A stretch of DNA of 64,000 nt from Auanema rhodensis (GCA_964057225.1 OZ059896.1:20088001-20152000), one strand, 5' to 3'. Positions 12,301-28,200 are shown, counted from the stretch's first letter. The notes: generated by a model not told the origin, from the letters alone. A program made the numbers and translations.

Positions 12301-15093
12301 AATGCGCATCGAATGCACTATACTACATTGAGAAACGCTTGATACAAAAATTAGTTATGATCGTTTGAAAAATGATGCATTAGTGTATGTTGAGTTTCCA
12401 TGTACACTCAACATTGCTTCCAAAAACATTTTGACAAAAATTTTTTCGAAAAATTTCAAAATAATTTAGCAAAAAGTAGATGTTTTTAGATTCCATTTTT
12501 CAAGGCAAAGACGATGGACAATGTTATTCAACGAAAAAATTAATTCTTCAGGGTGAAAATCTAGGATATAAGTGTGAACTTATATCAGTTGATATCTCGG
12601 TGCATTTTTAAGCTAGCGCAAATCTGATAACACAGATCGACGCAGCTTAAAAATCCGCATCGAATGCACTAAACTACATTGAGAAACGCTTAATACAAAA
12701 ATTAGTTATGATCGTTTGAAAAATGATGCATTAGTGTATGTTGAGTTTCCATGTACACTCAACATTGCTTCCAAAAACATTTTGACAAAAATTTTTTCGA
12801 AAAATTTCAAAATAATTTAGCAAAAAGTAGATGTTTTTAGATTCCATTTTTCAAGGCAAAGACGATGGACAATGTTATTCAACGAAAAAATTAATTCTTC
12901 AGGGTGAAAATCGAGGATATAAGTGTGAACTTATATCAGTTGATATCTCGGTGCATTTTTAAGCTAGCGCAAATCTGATAACACAGATCGACGCAGCTTA
13001 AAAATCCGCATCGAATGCACTAAACTACATTGAGAAACGCTTAATACAAAAATTAGTTATGATCGTTTGAAAAATGATGCATTAGTGTATGTTGAGTTTC
13101 CATGTACACTCAACATTGCTTCCAAAAACATTTTGACAAAAATTTTTTCGAAAAATTTCAAAATAATTTAGCAAAAAGTAGATGTTTTTAGATTCCATTT
13201 TTCAAGGCAAAGACGATGGACAGTGTTATTCAACGAAAAAAATAATTCTTCAGGGTGAAAATCGAGGATATAAGTGTGAACTTATATCAGTTGATATCTC
13301 GGTGCATTTTTAAGCTAGCGCAAATCTGATAACACAGATCGACGCAGCTTAAAAATGCGCATCGAATGCACTATACTACATTGAGAAACGCTTGATACAA
13401 AAATTAGTTATGATCGTTTGAAAAATGATGCATTAGTGTATGTTGAGTTTCCATGTACACTCAACATTGCTTCCAAAAACATTTTGACAAAAATTTTTTC
13501 GAAAAATTTCAAAATAATTTAGCAAAAAGTACATGTTTTTAGATTCCATTTTTCAAGGCAAAGACGATGGACAATGTTATTCAACGAAAAAATTAATTCT
13601 TCAGGGTGAAAATCGAGGATATAAGTGTGAACTTATATCAGTTGATATCTCGGTGCATTTTTAAGCTAGCGCAAATCTGATAACACAGATCGACGCAGCT
13701 TAAAAATGCGCATCGAATGCACTATACTACATTGAGAAACGCTTGATACAAAAATTAGTTATGATCGTTTGAAAAATGATGCATTAGTGTATGTTGAGTT
13801 TCCATGTACACTCAACATTGCTTCCAAAAACATTTTGACAAAAATTTTTTCGAAAAATTTCAAAATAATTTAGCAAAAAGTAGATGTTTTTAGATTCCAT
13901 TTTTCAAGGCAAAGACGATGGACAGTGTTATTCAACGAAAAAATTAATTCTTCAGGGTGAAAATCGAGGATATAAGTGTGAACTTATATCAGTTGATATC
14001 TCGGTGCATTTTTAAGCTAGCGCAAATCTGATAACACAGATCGACGCAGCTTAAAAATCCGCATCGAATGCACTAAACTACATTGAGAAACGCTTAATAC
14101 AAAAATTAGTTATGATCGTTTGAAAAATGATGCATTAGTGTATGTTGAGTTTCCATGTACACTCAACATTGCTTCCAAAAACATTTTGACAAAAATTTTT
14201 TCGAAAAATTTCAAAATAATTTAGCAAAAAGTAGATGTTTTTAGATTCCATTTTTCAAGGCAAAGACGATGGACAATGTTATTCAACGAAAAAATTAATT
14301 CTTCAGGGTGAAAATCGAGGATATAAGTGTGAACTTATATCAGTTGATATCTCGGTGCATTTTTAAGCTAGCGCAAATCTGATAACACAGATCGACGCAG
14401 CTTAAAAATCCGCATCGAATGCACTATACTACATTGAGAAACGCTTAATACAAAAATTAGTTATGATCGTTTGAAAAATGATGCATTAGTGTATGTTGAG
14501 TTTCCATGTACACTCAACATTGCTTCCAAAAACATTTTGACAAAAATTTTTTCGAAAAATTTCAAAATAATTTAGCAAAAAGTAGATGTTTTTAGATTCC
14601 ATTTTTCAAGGCAAAGACGATGGACAATGTTATTCAACGAAAAAATTAATTCTTCAGGGTGAAAATCGAGGATATAAGTGTGAACTTATATCAGTTGATA
14701 TCTCGGTGCATTTTTAAGCTAGCGCAAATCTGATAACACAGATCGACGCAGCTTAAAAATCCGCATCGAATGCACTAAACTACATTGAGAAACGCTTAAT
14801 ACAAAAATTAGTTATGATCGTTTGAAAAATGATGCATTAGTGTATGTTGAGTTTCCATGTACACTCAACATTGCTTCCAAAAACATTTTGACAAAAATTT
14901 TTTCGAAAAATTTCAAAATAATTTAGCAAAAAGTACATGTTTTTAGATTCCATTTTTCAAGGCAAAGACGATGGACAATGTTATTCAACGAAAAAATTAA
15001 TTCTTCAGGGTGAAAATCGAGGATATAAGTGTGAACTTATATCAGTTGATATCTCGGTGCATTTTTAAGCTAGCGCAAATCTGATAACACAGA

Positions 15094-18000
15094 TCGACGC
15101 AGCTTAAAAATCCGCATCGAATGCACTATACTACATTGAGAAACGCTTAATACAAAAATTAGTTATGATCGTTTGAAAAATGATGCATTAGTGTATGTTG
15201 AGTTTCCATGTACACTCAACATTGCTTCCAAAAACATTTTGACAAAAATTTTTTCGAAAAATTTCGAAATAATTTAGCAAAAAGTAGATGTTTTTAGATT
15301 CCTTTATTCAAGGCAAAGACGATGGACAATGTTATTCAACGAAAAAATTAATTCTTTAGGGTGAAAATCGAGGATATAAGTGTGAGCTTATATCAGTTGA
15401 TATCTTGGTGCATTTTTAAGCTAGCGCAAATCTGATAACACAGATCGACGCAGCTTGAAAATCCGCATCGAATGCACTATACTACATTGAGAAACGCTTA
15501 ATACAAAAATTAGTTATGATCGTTTGAAAAATGATGCATTAGTGTATGTTGAGTTTCCATGTACACTCAACATTGCTTCCAAAAACATTTTGACAAAAAT
15601 TTTTTCGAAAAATTTCGAAATAATTTAGCAAAAAGTAGATGTTTTTAGATTCCTTTATTCAAGGCAAAGACGATGGACAATGTTATTCAACGAAAAAATT
15701 AATTCTTTAGGGTGAAAATCGAGGATATAAGTGTGAACTTATATCAGTTGATATCTCGGTGCATTTTTAAGCTAGCGCAAATCTGATAACACAGATCGAC
15801 GCAGCTTAAAAATCCGCATCGAATGCACTATACTACATTGAGAAACGCTTAATACAAAAATTAGTTATGATCGTTTGAAAAATGATGCATTAGTGTATGT
15901 TGAGTTTCCATGTACACTCAACATTGCTTCCAAAAACATTTTGACAAAAATTTTTTCGAAAAATTTCAAAATAATTTAGCAAAAAGTAGATGTTTTTAGA
16001 TTCCATTTTTCAAGGCAAAGATGATGGACAGTGTTATTCAACAAAAAAATTAATTCTTCAGGGTGAAAATCGAGGATATAAGTGTGAACTTATATCAGTT
16101 GATATCTCGGTGCATTTTTAAGCTAGCGCAAATCTGATAACACAGATCGACGCAGCTTAAAAATCCGCATCGAATGCACTATACTACATTGAGAAACGCT
16201 TAATACAAAAATTAGTTATGATCGTTTGAAAAATGATGCATTAGTGTATGTTGAGTTTCCATGTACACTCAACATTGCTTCCAAAAACATTTTGACAAAA
16301 ATTTTTTCGAAAAATTTCGAAATAATTTAGCAAAAAGTAGATGTTTTTAGATTCCTTTATTCAAGGCAAAGACGATGGACAATGTTATTCAACGAAAAAA
16401 TTAATTCTTTAGGGTGAAAATCGAGGATATAAGTGTGAGCTTATATCAGTTGATATCTTGGTGCATTTTTAAGCTAGCGCAAATCTGATAACACAGATCG
16501 ACGCAGCTTAAAAATCCGCATCGAATGCACTATACTACATTGAGAAACGCTTAATACAAAAATTAGTTATGATCGTTTGAAAAATGATGCATTAGTGTAT
16601 GTTGAGTTTCCATGTACACTCAACATTGCTTCCAAAAACATTTTGACAAAAATTTTTTCGAAAAATTTCGAAATAATTTAGCAAAAAGTAGATGTTTTTA
16701 GATTCCTTTATTCAAGGCAAAGACGATGGACAATGTTATTCAACGAAAAAATTAATTCTTTAGGGTGAAAATCGAGGATATAAGTGTGAGCTTATATCAG
16801 TTGATATCTTGGTGCATTTTTAAGCTAGCGCAAATCTGATAACAGAGATCGACGCAGCTTAAAAATCCGCATCGAATGCACTATACTACATTGAGAAACG
16901 CTTAATACAAAAATTAGTTATGATCGTTTGAAAAATGATGCATTAGTGTATGTTGAGTTTCCATGTACACTCAACATTGCTTCCAAAAACATTTTGACAA
17001 AAATTTTTTCGAAAAATTTCGAAATAATTTAGCAAAAAGTAGATGTTTTTAGATTCCTTTATTCAAGGCAAAGACGATGGACAATGTTATTCAACGAAAA
17101 AATTAATTCTTTAGGGTGAAAATCGAGGATATAAGTGTGAGCTTATATCAGTTGATATCTTGGTGCATTTTTAAGCTAGCGCAAATCTGATAACACAGAT
17201 CGACGCAGCTTAAAAATCCGCATCGAATGCACTATACTACATTGAGAAACGCTTAATACAAAAATTAGTTATGATCGTTTGAAAAATGATGCATTAGTGT
17301 ATGTTGAGTTTCCATGTACACTCAACATTGCTTCCAAAAACATTTTGACAAAAATTTTTTCGAAAAATTTCGAAATAATTTAGCAAAAAGTAGATGTTTT
17401 TAGATTCCTTTATTCAAGGCAAAGACGATGGACAATGTTATTCAACGAAAAAATTAATTCTTTAGGGTGAAAATCGAGGATATAAGTGTGAGCTTATATC
17501 AGTTGATATCTTGGTGCATTTTTAAGCTAGCGCAAATCTGATAACAGAGATCGACGCAGCTTAAAAATCCGCATCGAATGCACTATACTACATTGAGAAA
17601 CGCTTAATACAAAAATTAGTTATGATCGTTTGAAAAATGATGCATTAGTGTATGTTGAGTTTCCATGTACACTCAACATTGCTTCCAAAAACATTTTGAC
17701 AAAAATTTTTTCGAAAAATTTCGAAATAATTTAGCAAAAAGTAGATGTTTTTAGATTCCTTTATTCAAGGCAAAGACGATGGACAATGTTATTCAACGAA
17801 AAAATTAATTCTTTAGGGTGAAAATCGAGGATATAAGTGTGAGCTTATATCAGTTGATATCTTGGTGCATTTTTAAGCTAGCGCAAATCTGATAACACAG
17901 ATCGACGCAGCTTAAAAATCCGCATCGAATGCACTATACTACATTGAGAAACGCTTAATACAAAAATTAGTTATGATCGTTTGAAAAATGATGCATTAGT

Positions 18001-19304
18001 GTATGTTGAGTTTCCATGTACACTCAACATTGCTTCCAAAAACATTTTGACAAAAATTTTTTCGAAAAATTTCGAAATAATTTAGCAAAAAGTAGATGTT
18101 TTTAGATTCCTTTATTCAAGGCAAAGACGATGGACAATGTTATTCAACGAAAAAATTAATTCTTTAGGGTGAAAATCGAGGATATAAGTGTGAACTTATA
18201 TCAGTTGATATCTCGGTGCATTTTTAAGCTAGCGCAAATCTGATAACACAGATCGACGCAGCTTAAAAATCCGCATCGAATGCACTATACTACATTGAGA
18301 AACGCTTAATACAAAAATTAGTTATGATCGTTTGAAAAATGATGCATTAGTGTATGTTGAGTTTCCATGTACACTCAACATTGCTTCCAAAAACATTTTG
18401 ACAAAAATTTTTTCGAAAAATTTCAAAATAATTTAGCAAAAAGTAGATGTTTTTAGATTCCATTTTTCAAGGCAAAGATGATGGACAGTGTTATTCAACA
18501 AAAAAATTAATTCTTCAGGGTGAAAATCGAGGATATAAGTGTGAACTTATATCAGTTGATATCTCGGTGCATTTTTAAGCTAGCGCAAATCTGATAACAC
18601 AGATCGACGCAGCTTAAAAATCCGCATCGAATGCACTATACTACATTGAGAAACGCTTAATACAAAAATTAGTTATGATCGTTTGAAAAATGATGCATTA
18701 GTGTATGTTGAGTTTCCATGTACACTCAACATTGCTTCCAAAAACATTTTGACAAAAATTTTTTCGAAAAATTTCGAAATAATTTAGCAAAAAGTAGATG
18801 TTTTTAGATTCCTTTATTCAAGGCAAAGACGATGGACAATGTTATTCAACGAAAAAATTAATTCTTTAGGGTGAAAATCGAGGATATAAGTGTGAGCTTA
18901 TATCAGTTGATATCTTGGTGCATTTTTAAGCTAGCGCAAATCTGATAACACAAATCGACGCAGCTTACAAATCGGCATCGAATGCACTATACTACATTGA
19001 GAAACGCTTAATACAAAAATTAGTTATGATCGTTTGAAAAATGATGCATTAGTGTATGTTGAGTTTCCATGTACACTCAACATTGCTTCCAAAAACATTT
19101 TGACAAAAATTTTTTCGAAAAATTTGAAATAATTTAGCAAAAAGTAGATGTTTTTAGATTCCTTTATTCAAGGCAAAGACGATGGACAATGTTATTCAAC
19201 GAAAAAATTAATTCTTTAGGGTGAAAATCGAGGATATAAGTGTGAGCTTATATCAGTTGATATCTTGGTGCATTTTTAAGCTAGCGCAAATCTGATAACA
19301 GAGA
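15094..19304. repeat. Variant domain B (M44-M55), a subfamily with six linked substitutions
   Basis: TTTCGAAAT, CCTTTATT (2 changes), CTTTAGG, GTGAGC and CTTGG occur together in most monomers of this block. Confidence 0.88.
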
Positions 19305-22300
19305 TCGACGCAGCTTAAAAATCCGCATCGAATGCACTATACTACATTGAGAAACGCTTAATACAAAAATTAGTTATGATCGTTTGAAAAATGATGCATT
19401 AGTGTATGTTGAGTTTCCATGTACACTCAACATTGCTTCCAAAAACATTTTGACAAAAATTTTTTCGAAAAATTTCAAAATAATTTAGCAAAAAGTAGAT
19501 GTTTTTAGATTCCATTTTTCAAGGCAAAGACGATGGACAATGTTATTCAACGAAAAAATTAATTCTTCAGGGTGAAAATCGAGGATATAAGTGTGAACTT
19601 ATATCAGTTGATATCTCGGTGCATTTTTAAGCTAGCGCAAATCTGATAACACAGATCGACGCAGCTTAAAAATCCGCATCGAATGCACTATACTACATTG
19701 AGAAACGCTTAATACAAAAATTAGTTATGATCGTTTGAAAAATGATGCATTAGTGTATGTTGAGTTTCCATGTACACTCAACATTGCTTCCAAAAACATT
19801 TTGACAAAAATTTTTTCGAAAAATTTCAAAATAATTTAGCAAAAAGTAGATGTTTTTAGATTCCTTTATTCAAGGCAAAGACGATGGACAATGTTATTCA
19901 ACGAAAAAATTAATTCTTCAGGGTGAAAATCGAGGATATAAGTGTGAACTTATATCAGTTGATATCTCGGTGCATTTTTAAGCTAGCGCAAATCTGATAA
20001 CACAGATCGACGCAGCTTAAAAATCCGCATCGAATGCACTATACTACATTGAGAAACGCTTGATACAAAAATTAGTTATGATCGTTTGAAAAATGATGCA
20101 TTAGTGTATGTTGAGTTTCCATGTACACTCAACATTGCTTCCAAAAACATTTTGACAAAAATTTTTTCGAAAAATTTCAAAATAATTTAGCAAAAAGTAG
20201 ATGTTTTTAGATTCCATTTTTCAAGGCAAAGACGATGGACAATGTTATTCAACGGAAAAATTATTTCTTCAGGGTGAAAATCGAGGATATAAGTGTGAAC
20301 TTATATCAGTTGATATCTCGGTGCATTTTTAAGCTAGCGCAAATCTGATAACACAGATCGACGCAGCTTAAAAATGCGCATCGAATGCACTATACTACAT
20401 TGAGAAACGCTTGATACAAAAATTAGTTATGATCGTTTGAAAAATGATGCATTAGTGTATGTTGAGTTTCCATGTACACTCAACATTGCTTCCAAAAACA
20501 TTTTGACAAAAATTTTTTCGAAAAATTTCAAAATAATTTAGCAAAAAGTAGATGTTTTTAGATTCCATTTTTCAAGGCAAAGACGATGGACAATGTTATT
20601 CAACGAAAAAATTAATTCTTCAGGGTGAAAATCGAGGATATAAGTGTGAACTTATATCAGTTGATATCTCGGTGCATTTTTAAGCTAGCGCAAATCTGAT
20701 AACACAGATCGACGCAGCTTAAAAATGCGCATCGAATGCACTATACTACATTGAGAAACGCTTGATACAAAAATTAGTTATGATCGTTTGAAAAATGATG
20801 CATTAGTGTATGTTGAGTTTCCATGTACACTCAACATTGCTTCCAAAAACATTTTGACAAAAATTTTTTCGAAAAATTTCAAAATAATTTAGCAAAAAGT
20901 AGATGTTTTTAGATTCCATTTTTCAAGGCAAAGACGATGGACAGTGTTATTCAACGAAAAAATTAATTCTTCAGGGTGAAAATCGAGGATATAAGTGTGA
21001 ACTTATATCAGTTGATATCTCGGTGCATTTTTAAGCTAGCGCAAATCTGATAACACAGATCGACGCAGCTTAAAAATGCGCATCGAATGCACTATACTAC
21101 ATTGAGAAACGCTTGATACAAAAATTAGTTATGATCGTTTGAAAAATGATGCATTAGTGTATGTTGAGTTTCCATGTACACTCAACATTGCTTCCAAAAA
21201 CATTTTGACAAAAATTTTTTCGAAAAATTTCAAAATAATTTAGCAAAAAGTAGATGTTTTTAGATTCCATTTTTCAAGGCAAAGACGAAGGACAATGTTA
21301 TTCAACGAAAAAATTAATTCTTCAGGGTGAAAATCGAGGATATAAGTGTGAACTTATATCAGTTGATATCTCGGTGCATTTTTAAGCTAGCGCAAATCTG
21401 ATAACACAGATCGACGCAGCTTAAAAATCCGCATCGAATGCACTATACTACATTGAGAAACGCTTGATACAAAAATTAGTTATGATCGTTTGAAAAATGA
21501 TGCATTAGTGTATGTTGAGTTTCCATGTACACTCAACATTGCTTCCAAAAACATTTTGACAAAAATTTTTTCGAAAAATTTCAAAATAATTTAGCAAAAA
21601 GTACATGTTTTTAGATTCCATTTTTCAAGGCAAAGACGATGGACAATGTTATTCAACGAAAAAATTAATTCTTCAGGGTGAAAATCGAGGATATAAGTGT
21701 GAACTTATATCAGTTGATATCTCGGTGCATTTTTAAGCTAGCGCAAATCTGATAACACAGATCGACGCAGCTTAAAAATCCGCATCGAATGCACTAAACT
21801 ACATTGAGAAACGCTTAATACAAAAATTAGTTATGATCGTTTGAAAAATGATGCATTAGTGTATGTTGAGTTTCCATGTACACTCAACATTGCTTCCAAA
21901 AACATTTTGACAAAAATTTTTTCGAAAAATTTCAAAATAATTTAGCAAAAAGTAGATGTTTTTAGATTCCATTTTTCAAGGCAAAGACGATGGACAGTGT
22001 TATTCAACGAAAAAATTAATTCTTCAGGGTGAAAATCGAGGATATAAGTGTGAACTTATATCAGTTGATATCTCGGTGCATTTTTAAGCTAGCGCAAATC
22101 TGATAACACAGATCGACGCAGCTTAAAAATGCGCATCGAATGCACTATACTACATTGAGAAACGCTTGATACAAAAATTAGTTATGATCGTTTGAAAAAT
22201 GATGCATTAGTGTATGTTGAGTTTCCATGTACACTCAACATTGCTTCCAAAAACATTTTGACAAAAATTTTTTCGAAAAATTTCAAAATAATTTAGCAAA

Positions 22301-25271
22301 AAGTAGATGTTTTTAGATTCCATTTTTCAAGGCAAAGACGAAGGACAATGTAATTCAACGAAAAAATTAATTCTTCAGGGTGAAAATCGAGGATATAAGT
22401 GTGAACTTATATCAGTTGATATCTCGGTGCATTTTTAAGCTAGCGCAAATCTGATAACACAGATCGACGCAGCTTAAAAATCCGCATCGAATGCACTATA
22501 CTACATTGAGAAACGCTTAATACAAAAATTAGTTATGATCGTTTGAAAAATGATGCATTAGTGTATGTTGAGTTTCCATGTACACTCAACATTGCTTCCA
22601 AAAACATTTTGACAAAAATTTTTTCGAAAAATTTCAAAATAATTTAGCAAAAAGTAGATGTTTTTAGATTCCATTTTTCAAAGCAAAGACGATGGACAGT
22701 GTTATTCAACGAAAAAATTAATTCTTCAGGGTGAAAATCGAGGATATAAGTGTGAACTTATATCAGTTGATATCTCGGTGCATTTTTAAGCTAGCGCAAA
22801 TCTGATAACACAGATCGACGCAGCGTAAAAATCCGCATCGAATGCACTATACTACATTGAGAAACGCTTAATACAAAAATTAGTTATGATCGTTTGAAAA
22901 ATGATGCATTAGTGTATGTTGAGTTTCCATGTACACTCAACATTGCTTCCAAAAACATTTTGACAAAAATTTTTTCGAAAAATTTCAAAATAATTTAGCA
23001 AAAAGTAGATGTTTTTAGATTCCATTTTTCAAGGCAAAGACGATGGACAATGTTATTCAACGAAAAAATTAATTCTTCAGGGTGAAAATCGAGGATATAA
23101 GTGTGAACTTATATCAGTTGATATCTCGGTGCATTTTTAAGCTAGCGCAAATCTGATAACACAGATCGACGCAGCTTAAAAATCCGCATCGAATGCACTA
23201 TACTACATTGAGAAACGCTTAATACAAAAATTAGTTATGATCGTTTGAAAAATGATGCATTAGTGTATGTTGAGTTTCCATGTACACTCAACATTGCTTC
23301 CAAAAACATTTTGACAAAAATTTTTTCGAAAAATTTCAAAATAATTTAGCAAAAAGTACATGTTTTTAGATTCCATTTTTCAAGGCAAAGACGATGGACA
23401 ATGTTATTCAACGAAAAAATTAATTCTTCAGGGTGAAAATCGAGGATATAAGTGTGAACTTATATCAGTTGATATCTCGGTGCATTTTTAAGCTAGCGCA
23501 AATCTGATAACACAGATCGACGCAGCTTAAAAATCCGCATCGAATGCACTATACTACATTGAGAAACGCTTAACACAAAAATTAGTTATGATCGTTTGAA
23601 AAATGATGCATTAGTGTATGTTGAGTTTCCATGTACACTCAACATTGCTTCCAAAAACATTTTGACAAAAATTTTTTCGAAAAATTTCAAAATAATTTAG
23701 CAAAAAGTAGATGTTTTTAGATTCCATTTTTCAAGGCAAAGATGATGGACAGTGTTATTCAACAAAAAAATTAATTCTTCAGGGTGAAAATCGAGGATAT
23801 AAGTGTGAACTTATATCAGTTGATATCTCGGTGCATTTTTAAGCTAGCGCAAATCTGATAACACAGATCGACGCAGCTTAAAAATCCGCATCGAATGCAC
23901 TAAACTACATTGAGAAACGCTTAATACAAAAATTAGTTATGATCGTTTGAAAAATGATGCATTAGTGTATGTTGAGTTTCCATGTACACTCAACATTGCT
24001 TCCAAAAACATTTTGACAAAAATTTTTTCGAAAAATTTCAAAATAATTTAGCAAAAAGTAGATGTTTTTAGATTCCATTTTTCAAGGCAAAAAAGATGGA
24101 CAATGTTATTCAACGAAAAAATTAATTCTTCAGGGTGAAAATCGAGGATATAAGTGTGAACTTATATCAGTTGATATCTCGGTGCATTTTTAAGCTAGCG
24201 CAAATCTGATAACACAGATCGACGCAGCTTAAAAATCCGCATCGAATGCACTATACTACATTGAGAAACGCTTAATACAAAAATTAGTTATGATCGTTTG
24301 AAAAATGATGCATTAGTGTATGTTGAGTTTCCATGTACACTCAACATTGCTTCCAAAAACATTTTGACAAAAATTTTTTCGAAAAATTTCAAAATAATTT
24401 AGCAAAAAGTACATGTTTTTAGATTCCATTTTTCAAGGCAAAGACGATGGACAATGTTATTCAACGAAAAAATTAATTCTTCAGGGTGAAAATCGAGGAT
24501 ATAAGTGTGAACTTATATCAGTTGATATCTCGGTGCATTTTTAAGCTAGCGCAAATCTGATAACACAGATCGACGCAGCTTAAAAATCCGCATCGAATGC
24601 ACTATACTACATTGAGAAACGCTTAACACAAAAATTAGTTATGATCGTTTGAAAAATGATGCATTAGTGTATGTTGAGTTTCCATGTACACTCAACATTG
24701 CTTCCAAAAACATTTTGACAAAAATTTTTTCGAAAAATTTCAAAATAATTTAGCAAAAAGTAGATGTTTTTAGATTCCATTTTTCAAGGCAAAGATGATG
24801 GACAGTGTTATTCAACAAAAAAATTAATTCTTCAGGGTGAAAATCGAGGATATAAGTGTGAACTTATATCAGTTGATATCTCGGTGCATTTTTAAGCTAG
24901 CGCAAATCTGATAACACAGATCGACGCAGCTTAAAAATCCGCATCGAATGCACTAAACTACATTGAGAAACGCTTAATACAAAAATTAGTTATGATCGTT
25001 TGAAAAATGATGCATTAGTGTATGTTGAGTTTCCATGTACACTCAACATTGCTTCCAAAAACATTTTGACAAAAATTTTTTCGAAAAATTTCAAAATAAT
25101 TTAGCAAAAAGTAGATGTTTTTAGATTCCATTTTTCAAGGCAAAGACGATGGACAGTGTTATTCAACGAAAAAATTAATTCTTCAGGGTGAAAATCGAGG
25201 ATATAAGTGTGAACTTATATCAGTTGATATCTCGGTGCATTTTTAAGCTAGCGCAAATCTGATAACACAGA

Positions 25272-28200
25272 TCGACGCAGCTTAAAAATGCGCATCGAAT
25301 GCACTATACTACATTGAGAAACGCTTGATACAAAAATTAGTTATGATCGTTTGAAAAATGATGCATTAGTGTATGTTGAGTTTCCATGTACACTCAACAT
25401 TGCTTCCAAAAACATTTTGACAAAAATTTTTTCGAAAAATTTCAAAATAATTTAGCAAAAAGTAGATGTTTTTAGATTCCATTTTTCAAGGCAAAGACGA
25501 AGGACAATGTTATTCAACGAAAAAATTAATTCTTCAGGGTGAAAATCGAGGATATAAGTGTGAACTTATATCAGTTGATATCTCGGTGCATTTTTAAGCT
25601 AGCGCAAATCTGATAACACAGATCGACGCAGCTTAAAAATCCGCATCGAATGCACTATACTACATTGAGAAACGCTTGATACAAAATTTAGTTATGATCG
25701 TTTGAAAAATGATGCATTAGTGTATGTTGAGTTTCCATGTACACTCAACATTGCTTCCAAAAACATTTTGACAAAAATTTTTTCGAAAAATTTCAAAATA
25801 ATTTAGCAAAAAGTAGATGTGTTTAGATTCCTTTATTCAAGGCAAAGACGATGGACAATGTTATTCAACGAAAAAATTAATTCTTTAGGGTGAAAATCGA
25901 GGATATAAGTGTGAACTTATATCAGTTGATATCTTGGTGCATTTTTAAGCTAGCGCAAATCTGATAACACAGATCGACGCAGCTTAAAAATCCGCATCGA
26001 ATGCACTATACTACATTGAAAAACGCTTAATACAAAAATTAGTTATGATCGTTTGAAAAATGATGCATTAGTGTATGTTGAGTTTCCATGTACACTCAAC
26101 ATTGCTTCCAAAAACATTTTGACAAAAATTTTTTCGAAAAATTTCAAAATAATTTAGCAAAAAGTAGATGTTTTTAGATTCCTTTATTCAAGGCAAAGAC
26201 GATGGACAATGTTATTCAACGAAAAAATTAATTCTTTAGGGTGAAAATCGAGGATATAAGTGTGAACTTATATCAGTTGATATCTTGGTGCATTTTTAAG
26301 CTAGCGCAAATCTGATAACACAGATCGACGCAGCTTAAAAATCCACATCGAATGCACTATACTACATTGAAAAACGCTTAATACAAAAATTAGTTATGAT
26401 CGTTTGAAAAATGATGCATTAGTGTATGTTGAGTTTCCATGTACACTCAACATTGCTTCCAAAAACATTTTGACAAAAATTTTTTCGAAAAATTTCAAAA
26501 TAATTTAGCAAAAAGTAGATGTTTTTAGATTCCTTTATTCAAGGCAAAGACGATGGACAATGTTATTCAACGAAAAAATTATTCCTTCAGGGTGAAAATC
26601 GAGGATATAAGTGTGAACTTATATCAGTTGATATCTCGGTGCATTTTTAAGCTAGCGCAAATCTGATAACACAGATCGACGCAGCTTAAAAATCCGAATC
26701 GAATGCACTATACTACATTGAGAAACGCTTGATACAAAAATTAGTTATGATCGTTTGAAAAATGATGCATTAGTGTATGTTGAGTTTCCATGTACACTCA
26801 ACATTGCTTCCAAAAACATTTTGACAAAAATTTTTTCGAAAAATTTCAAAATAATTTAGCAAAAAGTAGATGTTTTTAGATTCCATTTTTCAAGGCAAAG
26901 ACGATGGACAATGTTATTCAACGAAAAAATTAATTCTTCAGGGTGAAAATCGAGGATATAAGTGTGAACTTATATCAGTTGATATCTCGGTGCATTTTTA
27001 AGCTAGCGCAAATCTGATAACACAGATCGACGCAGCGTAAAAATCCGCATCGAATGCACTATACTACATTGAGAAACGCTTAATACAAAAATTAGTTATG
27101 ATCGTTTGAAAAATGATGCATTAGTGTATGTTGAGTTTCCATGTACACTCAACATTGCTTCCAAAAACATTTTGACAAAAATTTTTTCGAAAAATTTCGA
27201 AATAATTTAGCAAAAAGTAGATGTTTTTAGATTCCTTTATTCAAGGCAAAGACGATGGACAATGTTATTCAACGAAAAAATTAATTCTTCAGGGTGAAAA
27301 TCGAGGATATATGTGTGAACTTATATCAGTTGATATCTCGGTGCATTTTTAAGCTAGCGCAAATCTGATAACACAGATCGACGCAGCTTAAAAATCCGCA
27401 TCGAATGCACTATACTACATTGAAAAACGCTTAATACAAAAATTAGTTATGATCGTTTGAAAAATGATGCATTAGTGTATGTTGAGTTTCCATGTACACT
27501 CAACATTGCTTCCAAAAACATTTTGACAAAAATTTTTTCGAAAAATTTCAAAATAATTTAGCAAAAAGTAGATGTTTTTAGATTCCTTTATTCAAGGCAA
27601 AGACGATGGACAATGTTATTCAACGAAAAAATTAATTCTTCAGGGTGAAAATCGAGGATATAAGTGTGAACTTATATCAGTTGATATCTCGGTGCATTTT
27701 TAAGCTAGCGCAAATCTGATAACACAGATCGACGCAGCTTAAAAATCCGAATCGAATGCACTATACTACATTGAGAAACGCTTGATACAAAAATTAGTTA
27801 TGATCGTTTGAAAAATGATGCATTAGTGTATGTTGAGTTTCCATGTACACTCAACATTGCTTCCAAAAACATTTTGACAAAAATTTTTTCGAAAAATTTC
27901 AAAATAATTTAGCAAAAAGTAGATGTTTTTAGAATCCTTTATTCAAGGCAAAGACGATGGACAATGTTATTCAACGAAAAAATTAATTCTTCAGGGTGAA
28001 AATCGAGGATATAAGTGTGAACTTATATCAGTTGATATCTCGGTGCATTTTTAAGCTAGCGCAAATCTGATAACACAGATCGACGCAGCTTAAAAATCCG
28101 AATCGAATGCACTATACTACATTGAGAAACGCTTGATACAAAAATTAGTTATGATCGTTTGAAAAATGATGCATTAGTGTATGTTGAGTTTCCATGTACA

